DNA of 63,235 nucleotides, counting the filler, from Nemertoderma westbladi (Eukaryota; Animalia; Xenacoelomorpha): assembly GCA_032718475.1 (NCBI GenBank). It is 3 parts of 3 records of this genome, joined end to end, with 100 filler letters (N's around TTAATTAATTAA, not from the genome) between each part and the next. Parts side by side here need not be neighbours in the genome. Positions count along the whole stretch, not along the records: positions 27,992 to 54,177 come from JAUCBJ010002473.1; positions 54,278 to 63,235 come from JAUCBJ010002305.1; 1 more part is not named here. One strand, 5' to 3'. Numbering within the stretch: the stretch's first letter is position 1; every line of letters starts with the position of its first letter. Shown piece by piece: positions 47,265-59,794 of this stretch. A model generated the notes under the pieces. It was given only the letters and a program-made list of their open reading frames with translations, ran no database searches and was not told where the DNA came from. Position numbers and translations under genes: made by a program.

Positions 47265-50200
47265 CTAGGAGTACAAACAAGCTCCCCCACCAGGCGCGGT
47301 CGAGAAAAGATATTCCTTTCGGTATCGAGATCTGTCCTCCCGCTTACTGTAGAATCGGTCAGTGACCTTTTCCAGGAATGTTGTTAGTTGGTTAGTTTCA
47401 ATGAGAGACACAGTACATCCTCCCCAACCGGCACCAGTAAGGCGGGATCCCAGACTACCGGCGCCCCTACACACCGCCACTAACTCATCCAACTCGGTGC
47501 AACTACACTCGTATTGGTTGGAACAACTCTCGTGACTTCGATTCATTAGGTCCCCAAGTCTCACCAGCGAGGAATCAAAGGAACTGCATTCCTCGCGGAA
47601 GTCGTGAACTCGCTTCGACTCAGTATACACGTGCATAGCTCTATCGTGCAGGTTAAATTGTTCCACTAAAATACAAACAACAATTATATTATATTATTTC
47701 GAGGTTCGTCTGTTATGCCTATTTTACGGAAGCCCACAACTGTCAAGGACAAAAGATTAATAAAACTTTGATACAATTAAATAATTTCCCTAGAAAGCCA
47801 TAGAAAGCATGCTATTTCAAAATTTTGTGTGCAATTCATGGTCATTCCCATGGGCAAGGGTATTTTGCCCTGAATCCTGGGGCGAGGGCATTTCGCCCTA
47901 ACCTCACTAGCGATCTAGATAGTAACTTCAGGGCCAGGTTCCAAGATCTATGGTTGCCGAGTTTCTGCGAGCTATAGACCCAGAAGGAAACGAGATCCTT
48001 CAACGCCATAGACTGAAACATAGGCAATATTACAACTCAGGCCCTAATTACGTTTGTCACATATCTTCAGGGCAAGATGCATTCAGGGCAAAGTTGGTTG
48101 TGAGGACAGGGGAGTGGTCTGCGCCATTACACCCCTTCACCCCCCCCCCCCCCCCCCCGCCCATTGAAATTTATAAACTAAAACGCACGGGCTTATTCGA
48201 GTTGGTGCGGAAATAATGATACGATTATTTATAATTATAACTAACACGCAAGTGATTGGGTGTTGAGTGACGTAGAGTTTAATACATCATCGGTGATCTC
48301 CAGAATTTCACAAACTTCCTTCTTTGTGTAGTAACCATCGTGTAAATATTTAGTTACCTTGGTAACCATGTCACTGAGGCCAATTTCCATTGAGTTTTGT
48401 AGTTGTCGTAAAGTTCTGATGGATTCCCACGCAATGCCTTGTTTCTTCGCCATAACCTGTATAATATGTGGAGGAACATTCGTTTATGACTTTAGCACTT
48501 TACAACGGTTGGTTGTATTGGGAGGCCACTCGCAGTAAAGTGCATCGTGCTGCACAAAGGGCCCACCAACGTGTTTGGTTTTTTTTTATTCGCAAAAATA
48601 TAAGTTGCAAATTTCCATATTACCCGCAATAAATATTTATATACTTTTTTGGGCTTTAACAAGGTAATATAGAACCCAAAAATGTTACTTTTTGGAAACC
48701 AACCAGTAATGGTACGGTAGTAAATTCCGTTAACATTATGAATAAATAGTCCTATATATTATTATTATTATTATTATATGTTTATATTATAATAATACTT
48801 TCTTTAAAATACCCCCCTAATTTTCCGCAAAAGTGCGGACAATAAAGACTTTATTGTCCGCATTTACGGAAAATAAAGTTAAGTATCCATCCAATCCATT
48901 TTTCATGAATGCGGATAATAAAATATTTACCCAATCAACGATCTAGCAGTTTATTCTCTTTATTTCGCGTTATTTATTTTAGATAACTTTTTGGTTTAAT
49001 CATTTGATTACTTACTGAAATATCATATTCAGAGTCACTCATAATGTATGTATATTAATAGCTAGTATTATTTAATAATTAGACATAGACATTGGTGTAA
49101 AATGTACCTCAAATTAACGATAACTTAGAAACGTTAAACGTGTCATTCAAAAGAGAACATTTTAAAGAAAACAACATATTTTACATAAGAAAGTATTTTT
49201 TTTCTTTTTTATAATAATGTCCTTTTCTCAAAATAGTAAAAGCACTTTTTCTCCTCGGCTTCGAATAATATATGATTTTAATATACCTCGAATATGCGGA
49301 TTAAAATGACGGATAAAAAAATACTACTTTATTTTTGTAAAAGATATAGTTATTATACACCTGTTTTTATTATAATTATTGCCGCGTTTTTTGTGGTGAA
49401 TGGCCCCCATCACACTGGGCAACTTCTTTCTGAAACAAAAGTTTAAAAAATCCTGTTAACGGATCATCAACCTCAATACTAACTTTGGTTTAGCCAATCA
49501 CAACATTATTTCTAATCAGCCAATCAAAAATATATTCCGGAATTTCAAACTATAAATTACAGTAGCGAAATAATTTCTGTCATTTAGCAGAAATTCGATA
49601 CACCGAATTTTACGAGAAACACCGAACTGTAAAGTCAACAACCTCAACATCAAATGCTCAATAACATCTTTTTACAACCAGGAGACAAAAGAGAAATAAA
49701 TTGATGAGCTACAGACAGACTACGTGGTGAACTAATTAACAGATATTAATTGCCAAATCAATAACAATAAACACAATAACAGTTACAAGTTAAAACATCA
49801 ACATCTCAATTATTGCGCTCATAAAAATTATATATTTGATTGGCATCGCTATAAATCTACCTATTTTAGAAACAAAGACACTTTGTTTTGTTATTATATC
49901 GAAAATTACTACCTCTAACTCTAGTGTAATTAATATCCTTAGCACTTGTTTGGTGTTTAAATAAACAAACAGTCCAATAACTAAAGGGCATATAAAGTAA
50001 ATCAGTTTTAGAATCTTCCGAGGTAATTCATTGTAAACTTAATAGTGTAGTTCCGAAACGGTTGTTGTTTTGGTTAGATAAATTAAAACCTCTGGGTATG
50101 AGTAATAACATATAATATTAATTATCCAAATGAAAAAAGATAAATATTATGAAAGATTGATGCTTCTCCTCACTCAACCTTCTCATCGACCATAACTTTA

Positions 50201-53200
50201 TACCATCGCAGTTTAACTTTGTACTAATTTTTATTATAACTTCGTTATAATTTAATATTTATGAGTTTTATTTACATGGAAAATATGAGCTGCAATAATG
50301 AAATATGATATGAATGAATTAATAAGCGATGTAACGAATTAATATGCGATGTAACGAATTAATATGCGATGTAACGAATTAATATGCGATGTAACGAATT
50401 AATAAGCGATGTAACGAATTAATATGCGATGTAACGAATTAATATGCGATGTAAACGAATTAATATGCGATGTAACGAATTAATATGCGATGTAACGAAT
50501 TAATATGCGATTTAACGAATTAATATGCGATGTAACGAATTAATAAGCGATGTAACAAATTAATATGCGATGTGACGAATTAATAAGCGATGTAACGAAT
50601 TAATAAGCGATGTAACGAATTAATATGCGATGTAACGAATTAATATGCGATTTAACGAATTAATATGCGATGTAACGAATTAATAAGCGATGTAACGAAT
50701 TAATAAGCGATGTAACGAATTAATATGCGATGTAACGAATTAATAAGCGATTTAACGAATTAATAAGCGATGTAACGAATTAATATGCGATGTAACGAAT
50801 TAATATGCGATGTAACGAATTAATAAGCGATGTAACGAATTAATATGCGATGTAACGAATTAATATGCAATGTAACGAATTAATATGCGATTTAACGAAT
50901 TAATATGCGATGTAACGAATTAATAAGCGATGTAACGAATTAATATGCGATGTAACGAATTAATATGCGATGTAACGAATTAATATGCGATGTAACGAAT
51001 TAATATGCGATGTAACGAATTAATATGCGATGTAACGAATTAATATGCGATGTAACGAATTAATATGCGATGTAACGAATTAATATGCGATGTAACGAAT
51101 TAATATGCGATGTAACGAATTAATATGCGATGTAACGAATTAATATGCGATGTAACGAATTAATAAGCGATGTAACGAATTAATATGCGATGTAACGAAT
51201 TAATATGCGATGTAACGAATTAATATGCGATTTAACGAATTAATATGCGATGTAACGAATTAATAAGCGATGTAACGAATTAACATGCGATGTAACGAAT
51301 TAATATGCAATGTAACGAATTAATATGCGATTTAACGAATTAATATGCGATGTAACGAATTAATATGCGATGTAACGAATTAATATGCGATGTAACGAAT
51401 TAATATGCGATGTAACGAATTAATATGCGATTTAACGAATTAATATGCGATGTAACGAATTAATAAGCGATGTAACGAATTAATAAGCGATGTAACGAAT
51501 TAATATGCGATGTAACGAATTAATAAGCGATTTAACGAATTAATAAGCGATGTAACGAATTAATATGCGATGTAACGAATTAATAAGCGATGTAACGAAT
51601 TAATATGCGATGTAACGAATTAATATGCAATGTAACGAATTAATATGCGATTTAACGAATTAATATGCGATGTAACGAATTAATAAGCGATGTAACGAAT
51701 TAATATGCGATGTAACGAATTAATATGCGATGTAACGAATTAATATGCGATGTAACGAATTAATATGCGATGTAACGAATTAATATGCGATGTAACGAAT
51801 TAATATGCGATGTAAACGAATTAATATGCGATGTAACGAATTAATATGCGATGTAACGAATTAATATGCGATGTAACGAATTAATATGCGATGTAACGAA
51901 TTAATATGCGATGTAACGAATTAATATGCGATGTAACGAATTAATATGCGATGTAACGAATTAATATGCGATGTAACGAATTAATATGCGATGTAACGAA
52001 TTAATATGCGATGTAACAAATTAATATGCGATGTAACGAATTAATATGCGATGTAACGAATTAATATGCGATGTAACGAATTAATATGCGATGTAACGAA
52101 TAATCTATAATGCGATCTATTGCGAAATAGAAACAATGGCTGAGTATTAAATCGATAATCAGAAAAATTGGCCATAATCATTGGCCACTTTTAAGCTTAT
52201 TGACCCATATACGTAAGGAAGGTAAATAATCTATTTAAAACCATCAACAAACGCGATAAAGCAAAAAAACAGTGTATAGCAGAGTGTTGATGACAAAAAA
52301 AATGCGGAAAAAAATACGGCAACATAAATTTTCCTATACCAGACATCATTGGGTTGTAAAGATAACCAAATAATCCCGTTAACGGATAAACCTCCTCCCC
52401 ACAAGCTGAAAACATCGCACACCAAATGCTTTGTTTTAGCCAATCACAACAGTATTTCAAATCAACCAGTCAAAAATAAGTTCTAGAATTTCAGCTGGTA
52501 TATAAAATACGCACATAAGTATTTTTCTTTTATAAAAGAAACACATTTCAGGAAAGGGGATAACAAGGAAGGTTTGTTTGTTTATTGTAATTAGTAATAT
52601 AATTATAAATTAATATAATTTTCACTTTATTTAATTTCACATAATATATTCCTTATTCCTTTAGGCTGCGTATACACCAGTGTTGGCGTGTCACTTGTAT
52701 ACGTGTATACGGGCTAAATTTCGTCAACAGTGACTCGTAAACCGTCAACAGTGACTCGTAAACCGTCAACCGTGACTCGTCAACACTGGTGTATACGCAG
52801 CCTTACTCCATTGAGTTGTAAGCAATAATCCGGCACTGACTATTAAACTTACTTGTGCAGCCAATCGGCACTCAGCCACTCTGGTGTTGTAGTAACTCGT
52901 GTTCGATTTATTAATCTCTGTGCCGCAATGAGAAACGACAAACAGGGCATCTGCCGGGAGTTTAACAGAAAATACTTTCAGTTTCGGAACAAATTCTATC
53001 ATCTTGGCCTGTAAACAAGCAACACATCAGTGTTAGGAGATTGTTAATTAGTAATAATTAATTACTATAATTAGTTTGTAAGCCAACCCAGAAGACTGTG
53101 AAGCAATTTAAAGTTAAGTTTCATTCTCATTGTAAATGAAAGTGAACAGCAGTAAAGCAGTACATTATTCGTGAGTATTGGACCTACAAGTTACAAAATT

Positions 53201-53972
53201 AGAATATTCGTAAAATGCACACCGGACCCAGTAATTATATATGTGAAGGAGCAAAACTGACTTTGACTGTTTAGAATCACGCCACCCGCGCGTTAGAACT
53301 TATTTACACCTCAAACATATCTAAAATACTTTTTGTCCGTACTGCGCTTTGCCCGCTAGTTAGCCCTTTCCACTTTCTGCACCTCGCTAGCATCTCTCTA
53401 TCCCAACCCTATCAACTCACACCGCGGCACAGTCTCCGAGCGCCCTTCGTCCGTCCGTGCGTCCGCCTGATTTTCGGCTTCGCTGCGCGGGCTTTTGTTT
53501 TATCGCAGTTTGTCTGCTCGTAGACTTGTTTTCTGCCTCCCCGGTTATACGAGACCGATACTGCAATATATATTCGCTTCCTTGGAGTTTACTGTTTTGG
53601 TGAGCAAGGTCGGATTATGTTTTGATTCACCACCTTTACAGTAGGATATTGCCGGGTATTTTGTTACTGTCTCTTCCACTCATATGTCCCTATTTTTTTC
53701 TGCTGGACATGGAGAGTTGAAGTTGGTGTCATAAAAGCAGAACAGTGAAATTCTATACAAAATTAAATATAAGGTACTTTCTTTAACTATTGTCAATAAT
53801 GATGGTGAAACAGTAATCTACCCGTTTGGCTACTTTTGAGAGATTCACCCATAATGTGGTGGAGATAACTAACCTCGCCCTCCTCCGCTAAGAATGATAT
53901 CGTTTGATCCATACCACCGCCTTCCAAACCGACGTACTTCTCGGCTTTAATACAGATTTCAGCCAGTTCAAC
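47265..53972 (-). CDS. GALK2: N-acetylgalactosamine kinase (galactokinase 2), C-terminal four coding exons; 5' exons absent from this contig
   Basis: Exons 53972-53874, 53008-52853, 48456-48246 and 47665-47265 with GT-AG introns (phases 0, 0, 1) give a continuous 288-aa frame: [66 protein letters not shown]. Confidence 0.95.
47860..48092 (+). mobile_element. Relic of an integrase-core (IS3EU-like) transposon in the last GALK2 intron
   Basis: LRAIDPEG...[20 protein letters not shown] resembles the DP.G...RR.Y...GPN..WHID motif; flanked by short IR TTGCCCTGAAT/ATTCAGGGCAA. Confidence 0.5.
50316..52101. repeat. 20-bp satellite (GCGATGTAACGAATTAATAT), about 89 copies, intronic in GALK2
   Basis: Period 20 is visible in the line layout; very homogeneous. 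Confidence 0.98.
52664..52802. mobile_element. PIF/Harbinger (Tourist-like) MITE, 139 bp
   Basis: TIR GGCTGCGTATACACCAGTGTTG at both ends; TTA target duplication at 52661-52663 and 52803-52805. Confidence 0.88.
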
Positions 53973-54177
53973 CTGAAAGAGTAGAAACACGGTAATGTCA
54001 CCTGCTACCGGTACTGTTTGTAGTTTAGAGAACTAACAAAACCAGCCCATACGTACTTAGGGGGCGTTCAAAAGGTATGTCACGCAAATGTTACAGTTTT
54101 TTTTACCCCCCCCCCTCCTGTCACAAAGTGCCACGTAAGCTCGACCCCACCCCCCTCTGTCACAAAATTTTTTTTTT

Positions 54178-54277
54178 NNNNNNNNNNNNNNNNNNNNNNN
54201 NNNNNNNNNNNNNNNNNNNNNTTAATTAATTAANNNNNNNNNNNNNNNNNNNNNNNNNNNNNNNNNNNNNNNNNNNN
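54178..54277. other. Assembly linker N44-TTAATTAATTAA-N44
   Basis: Same 100-bp structure as 27892-27991. Confidence 0.98.
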
Positions 54278-54309
54278 TTTATGGGGTGTTGGCGGGATTG
54301 AATAAGCTA

Positions 54310-54488
54310 ACAGTTGTAGAAGTAACTGGTAACACTGTTGTAGAGGTAACTGGTAACACAGTTGTAGAGGTAACTTGTAACACAGTTGTAGAGGTAACTG
54401 GTAACACAGTTGTAGAGGTAACTGGTAACACAGTTGTAGAGGTAACTGGTAACACAGTTGTAGAGGTAACTGGTAACACAGTTGTAAC
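54310..54488. repeat. 24-bp tandem repeat (ACAGTTGTAGAGGTAACTGGTAAC), about 7 copies
   Basis: Period 24 (gttgta at 54361 and 54385). Confidence 0.93.
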
Positions 54489-56228
54489 ATGACTCGTAAC
54501 CTAAATGTATTCCACTACGATGTCCAATAATTTTAATATGCATCAAATTTGATACAATCGAAATATTTATTAAAAAACGAAAAATAAAAAGTAACTTTTT
54601 TTCCCCAATGTAACGAATTTGATACCAAATAAAGTTTTCGCGAAAATAATGTTTATAAAGTGTTTTATTTAAATTTTTTATGTTATTTATGTGTAATGTA
54701 GTAAAGTCGTGTATGAATGAATGGTCTAACTCAATTCTTTATTATTGGCGTCATTGTCGACTTTGCAAAAACTGTGCCAAACAAAAAGTTACAATAACTC
54801 AATTCTGTCACGGATAGGTTGAATGTAACAGATGAAGAGGATTCTGATTTATAAGAATTGAAATATAAATTGTCTTAAACACTCTTATATTAATTAATTC
54901 ATCTCAAAATTGTATTCTTGATATCAATTACTGATATTACTGAAAAAAAAAACTGATTTCAAAAAAATTTAAATATACTAAATTTTTCAAAACAACATGA
55001 ACGCCAAATATATTAATTAAACAAATTTAATGAAATTTTGTATTATACTTTACTTGTATTTTATCAAATCGACAATACAATTTATAGTTCACTGGGACTT
55101 GTTTCTGTTTGGATCTACTTCACTAATTTCAGATTTTTCTAGGTGTTTATTTCGGTTTATGAAAAACGACGATATACGTTATTCGTATAATTTCAGTTTA
55201 TTATAATACAAAAAATAATACAAAAAGTCGCTATTTGGCAAAAACGTTGCCGAGATTAACTACACTATACAGTCTACTGTCTTTAATACTACTGTATATA
55301 TTCCAGTACCAGGACGGGGTAAGTCTACTCTACTGTATGGTGTATTGTATTACAGGCCTTCGTAGTGTTAGACAATAATATGGTATGGGCAGTTTTGGAT
55401 TAGCTCTGTCTTAAGACAGTTTGTATGGCGATCCTCGTACTGTAGTAAGGTGAGCCTCATAGCGAAATTGTAGAGTTATTTCTAGATAAATTTCCTATAT
55501 TGTCGATATTCCGCTATGAATCTACAACTACAACCGATTTGCGTCATACATTACATAGTAAAAGTAAATTAAAATTTTCCTCGGCCATTAGACCAGGACT
55601 TACGCACAAATTCTGACGACTTATTTCCAGTGCGGTTCCCCAGCGGAATATACTCCCCAGCGGAAACTAGTACTCACTTACTGTAGCTTCCATTTAATGA
55701 TGCAAGGCAGAGATGCTTTGAATCAAGCAAGGATGGCTAGTCGGTTTAAAGCATTATTGCCGAAACGAAAACACCTCCAGAGAGGTGACGGATTTAACCA
55801 CTACGCCAGTAGTAGTGGTTCGGTTGGAATTATCTCAACTAACTTTTGAATACCGGTTCATATTGAATAATAGTATAATATTAAGAATTCAAATTGAGTT
55901 AGCAGAATATTGTTTTGCACTCTTTTTTTAACACATCATAAGTGGAATTGATTTCCAAGCTACTGTATGATTGTAAAGAGACATTTAGTGTACTCCCCCC
56001 CCATATGAAACGGAATACAGTTAATGATCTATTATTGTATACACAATGAAAAGTTGATACTAATAAAAAAAAGTATTAAAACGTATATACAGTATCTCGT
56101 AGAAATAACACATATGAGTAAGTTGTTTAGGTTCCAGCTAGGGACATATGAATTAGGTTTAAATGCAAAGGTTTTTAAAGCGAGATCCACACATTACAAT
56201 TCATAATGTATTCTATACAGGATCTCAA

Positions 56229-58564
56229 TCAACCATTGGCAGCTATTTTCTTTATTCTATTTTGTGTAGCAGTATAGATCAGAAACCAAATCAATTCTAA
56301 TATCTCAAATAACGTCATAACACTCATTCCCACCCACAGGCCCAAACTACCCCCTATGTTACTCAGTAAATCGTACCATAGGTATTTGGGAGACTCCGTG
56401 ATAGTAGTAACATCCATGGTCTGGTAGGCTACCTCCAGAGAAGCTATATTATCTCGAAAGGAAGACAGAAGTGTTTCCTTAAACTCCGCTCCATGTATTA
56501 GAGACTGAAAATTGTCGACACAATTTTTGAACAGAAGATTTTTATATTCCAACGCATCAGTGGGAAGAGTTATTGCTGTTATTGTTCTAATGCAAGCCTT
56601 CTGAACTACTACCATTAACCACATTGTAAAACTTTGTTGAGAATTCCTCTCCTTTAAAAATTTTAAAAGTAAATGACCAACATATTGTTGCGCAGGCCAG
56701 AGTGATTGACTTGTTTGAACATTATATATTTCGCGAATGCAAGCATGTGGACAGTTACATGACCAGGTATTATTAATACCATGGAATTTCTCATGAACCA
56801 ATCTTGAACAGTAAGGATTAGAATTCCCAGTTAAAGAATCCGTATTTCCAATTAAGCTGCATACAGGTTCAGCCTTGAATGAATATTCATCAACACAGCC
56901 ACATTCTTTCTTGACGTGACTTTGTACACAATATAGCTCACACAGCTCTGCCGAATAATCGTATGGAAAAGTTTCATTTTCCGTGTATTGGTGAAGTATT
57001 TCTGAATACTTTGATGCTTCTGTGCAAATTGTGTAGGGTGGGGGCGCTTTATCATTGATGCTCTTAGTTACACTAATGCTTGTATGTCTACCTGGAATTA
57101 TGGTGATTCCATTGGCAGATGGATTAGGGTGTTCAGTTGAATGATGTACGGCGACTCTAATACCAGTTGAGCGAGCCATAATACCAATATACTCATTTAC
57201 CTCAACGTTCAGGATCAGTTTCAGCCTCTGGTGGGGTAACTTGGTAAAGCTCTGTCCTGTTGATAGTTCGCCAGATTCTCTAAAATTGAATGTGAAACAG
57301 TTCCCATAACGCTTGATTTGCAGTTGTTGAAATGAGTTACACGGTTTACCGTCGAAACTGCATTGCAATACCATATCGTTGAATTGGTGACCCAATGTTT
57401 TAACCTGAAAATGTAAAATAATTGACACACTATAATTTCGCCTTCTTCTAGGTGAACCAGGGTGGAGTCAAATGTTGTTAATTAGCAACAAGCCCAATAA
57501 TAATAATTAATTTCACAAATTACTTCCTGCAAACACATTACTGGCTGCATTAAGGGGACAGGTGCCCTGCCCGTTTCTTTAACAAACCTAAGTCACACAA
57601 ACACTATTAAAACTTAATTAAACACATTATTAATTGCGATGCGTGCTGTAAAATTGCCGCTAAATAAAAAAGGGTTATAAACTATGTTACTAACATCGGA
57701 GGCAGATAGCATCACACCATCGGATAGATCAGAAATATCAATAGATGTCGATTTTCGCCAAGCGTCAAATAAGATTCTAAAGTTCTGACCATCATTGCAG
57801 AAGGCCTCGTCTTCTAGATTACCACAGTCATCGACCTTGTTGCACTCCGCGGATTTGCGATAGCAGACATGAGGGGTAGTGGGAGAATTACAGGGAAGCA
57901 GCTTCCCATCATACAAGTGATTCGAATCTTCCATAAACGACACGTTTCCACCATTCGACTTCAAGCTTAACAAGAATGTGTTACCAATGAGTTTTTTCGA
58001 AGAACATTCATACAAACATCCCGCCTCATCATGGGAATTAACACAGTCATCTACCCCATTACATACATATTGTATATCGATACATTGATTTGCTTCTCCG
58101 CAGTTGAATTTTGCCCCACAACCCCCATTTTCCATGTTTCCCTCTTGATATTTGTAATTGTATTTTGTCACTAAGAATTCGTGGGCAAGGCCAGTGAAGG
58201 CAAAAGCGTCCAAATCAACAAGAACTGCAAACGGTTGATTCAAGCCGGCGTTGTTTCCAAATATATTTTTAACTTTTGATTTTCGTATGGTATTCTCATT
58301 GCATATTGTTACCCCAGGAAATTCAATAGATATTTCCCTATTCTTTTTTGTAGAGACAATTGTCGGTGAGGTCCAATAATCATTCAGCAACAGACTAACT
58401 TGTAATATCAGACCACTAATCCCACCCAATACTAATATTACCCATATAGATTGCCAGCCACGATTGAGAGGGTTAACTATCTTTGGAGGGCCATGCATGG
58501 TCACATTCTCCAAATGCTTGCCGCAGGTTACCGCCAACGATGTAGCTGTTTTTCTTTCGGCCAT
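56229..58564 (-). CDS. DEG/ENaC (amiloride-sensitive channel) family subunit with two LDL-receptor class A modules; 2 exons, 681 aa
   Basis: Exons 58564-57695 and 57404-56229 with a GTTAGT/CAG phase-0 intron. Pre-TM1 TMHG, TM1 WVILVLGGISGLILQV, FPGVTICNEN, LGHQFNDMVLQCSF, YGNCFTFN, Cys-rich thumb, TM2 LLSNIGGSLGLWVGMSVMTLFE with the GxS filter. Confidence 0.93.
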
Positions 58565-59794
58565 TTCTATATCCAGAAGAGAAGACCAATTTTAAAGTTT
58601 ATTTTACAGTTTTTTATGAAATTCTCACTATAAAACCCCAATATAGGCTGTTAGAATATCCTGCATCGTAATATGGGCGTTGTTTCAAGGGATTGCACAT
58701 AATTACACACAATATGAACCGGGATAATTTAACGTCGAAGATTTATGTAGCTTTGATATTAGAATAAACTGGAAGAAAAATTGATAAATTCAATGCTTTT
58801 GATTTGTTAACACAGTCTATTAATCAATTACAGAATGACCCGTAATATAGTGTTGTTTTCTAATGTAACCGCCCGACCGACCCCCCCCCCCCCCCCCCAG
58901 AAATATTTCTAGTTTTTAACTAGTTCAACTCACCGTCGTTGTCACCATGACGCCGGAATTTTCGATTTTGCCTATAAAAAAGTGGCTTTCACGAAATCGT
59001 ACCCTCGTGGCCATTCTTCATATTAGTCGTAATTTTTCATATCATTAGAAAGCTTGCCTTACAAGGATTTGAAATATGTAACAATATCTGAATTTCGTTC
59101 AAAACAGATGAGATATAGGAGTTCAAAGATTGCAAGAAGTATAGTTCGCTGAAGGCCATTTATTCTATTTAAGGTAAAAATTAATTCTCGAAAAAAAATT
59201 TCTAACATTTTTTTATTTTATAAAATTTTTTAAAATTTAATAAACTTCGACCACTTTTTTGATTTAAGATTATTTCCCCATTTTTTTAAAGAAAAAAAAC
59301 ATAAAAAACGTGGATTTTTTCAATTTTTTTAAAATTATGAATTTTTTTTGTACAAAATTGCCAATTATCAAAAATAGAAATTAAAATACAAAAAGTGGTC
59401 GAAGAAAATGATGAAAATTAACATGCTGGTTACAAAAAATGTGGTATCGTAAAATAAAATTTAAAATAACGGAGGAGTAGTCTTTTTAGCGCAATTTTAT
59501 AAATGTCACACCAGCCTATAATAGGCCTACAGTTTGTAATTTAAATACTTTTAATACATGCGATTTGTATTCGAAAAAATTTGCCAAAATTATAAATAAA
59601 AATTATATAAAAGTACTTCCTCGAGGTATATGTGTAATAATATCATGGGCAACTACGTCTTCCTAGTTTGGTATAGCTAAAAAACATGTCAATATGCTCA
59701 GAAACAAGGGAAAAGAAGCACCAAAAAAAATATTTGTTTGACTAAAATCTCCAACGGCAATAGTAGTTGTAGCGGTAGGTGCTAAAATGCACAA

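Noticed and set aside
1062-52101. Tandem arrays (47, 31, 22, 49, 34-42 and 20 bp) as CRISPR arrays
   Set aside because: No unique spacers, no cas genes, and a eukaryotic intron-containing context.
53242-53682. Solo LTR in a GALK2 intron
   Set aside because: TG...CA ends are possible, but the TSD is imperfect and no second copy or internal domain is present.
54230-54546. Mucin-like Thr-rich ORFs
   Set aside because: 24-bp tandem repeat at a contig end, open in several frames, with no splice or domain support.
53972-58564. DEG/ENaC gene nested in a GALK2 intron on the same strand
   Set aside because: GALK2 5' exons were not seen, but an artificial linker at 54178-54277 separates the genes, so nesting cannot be supported.
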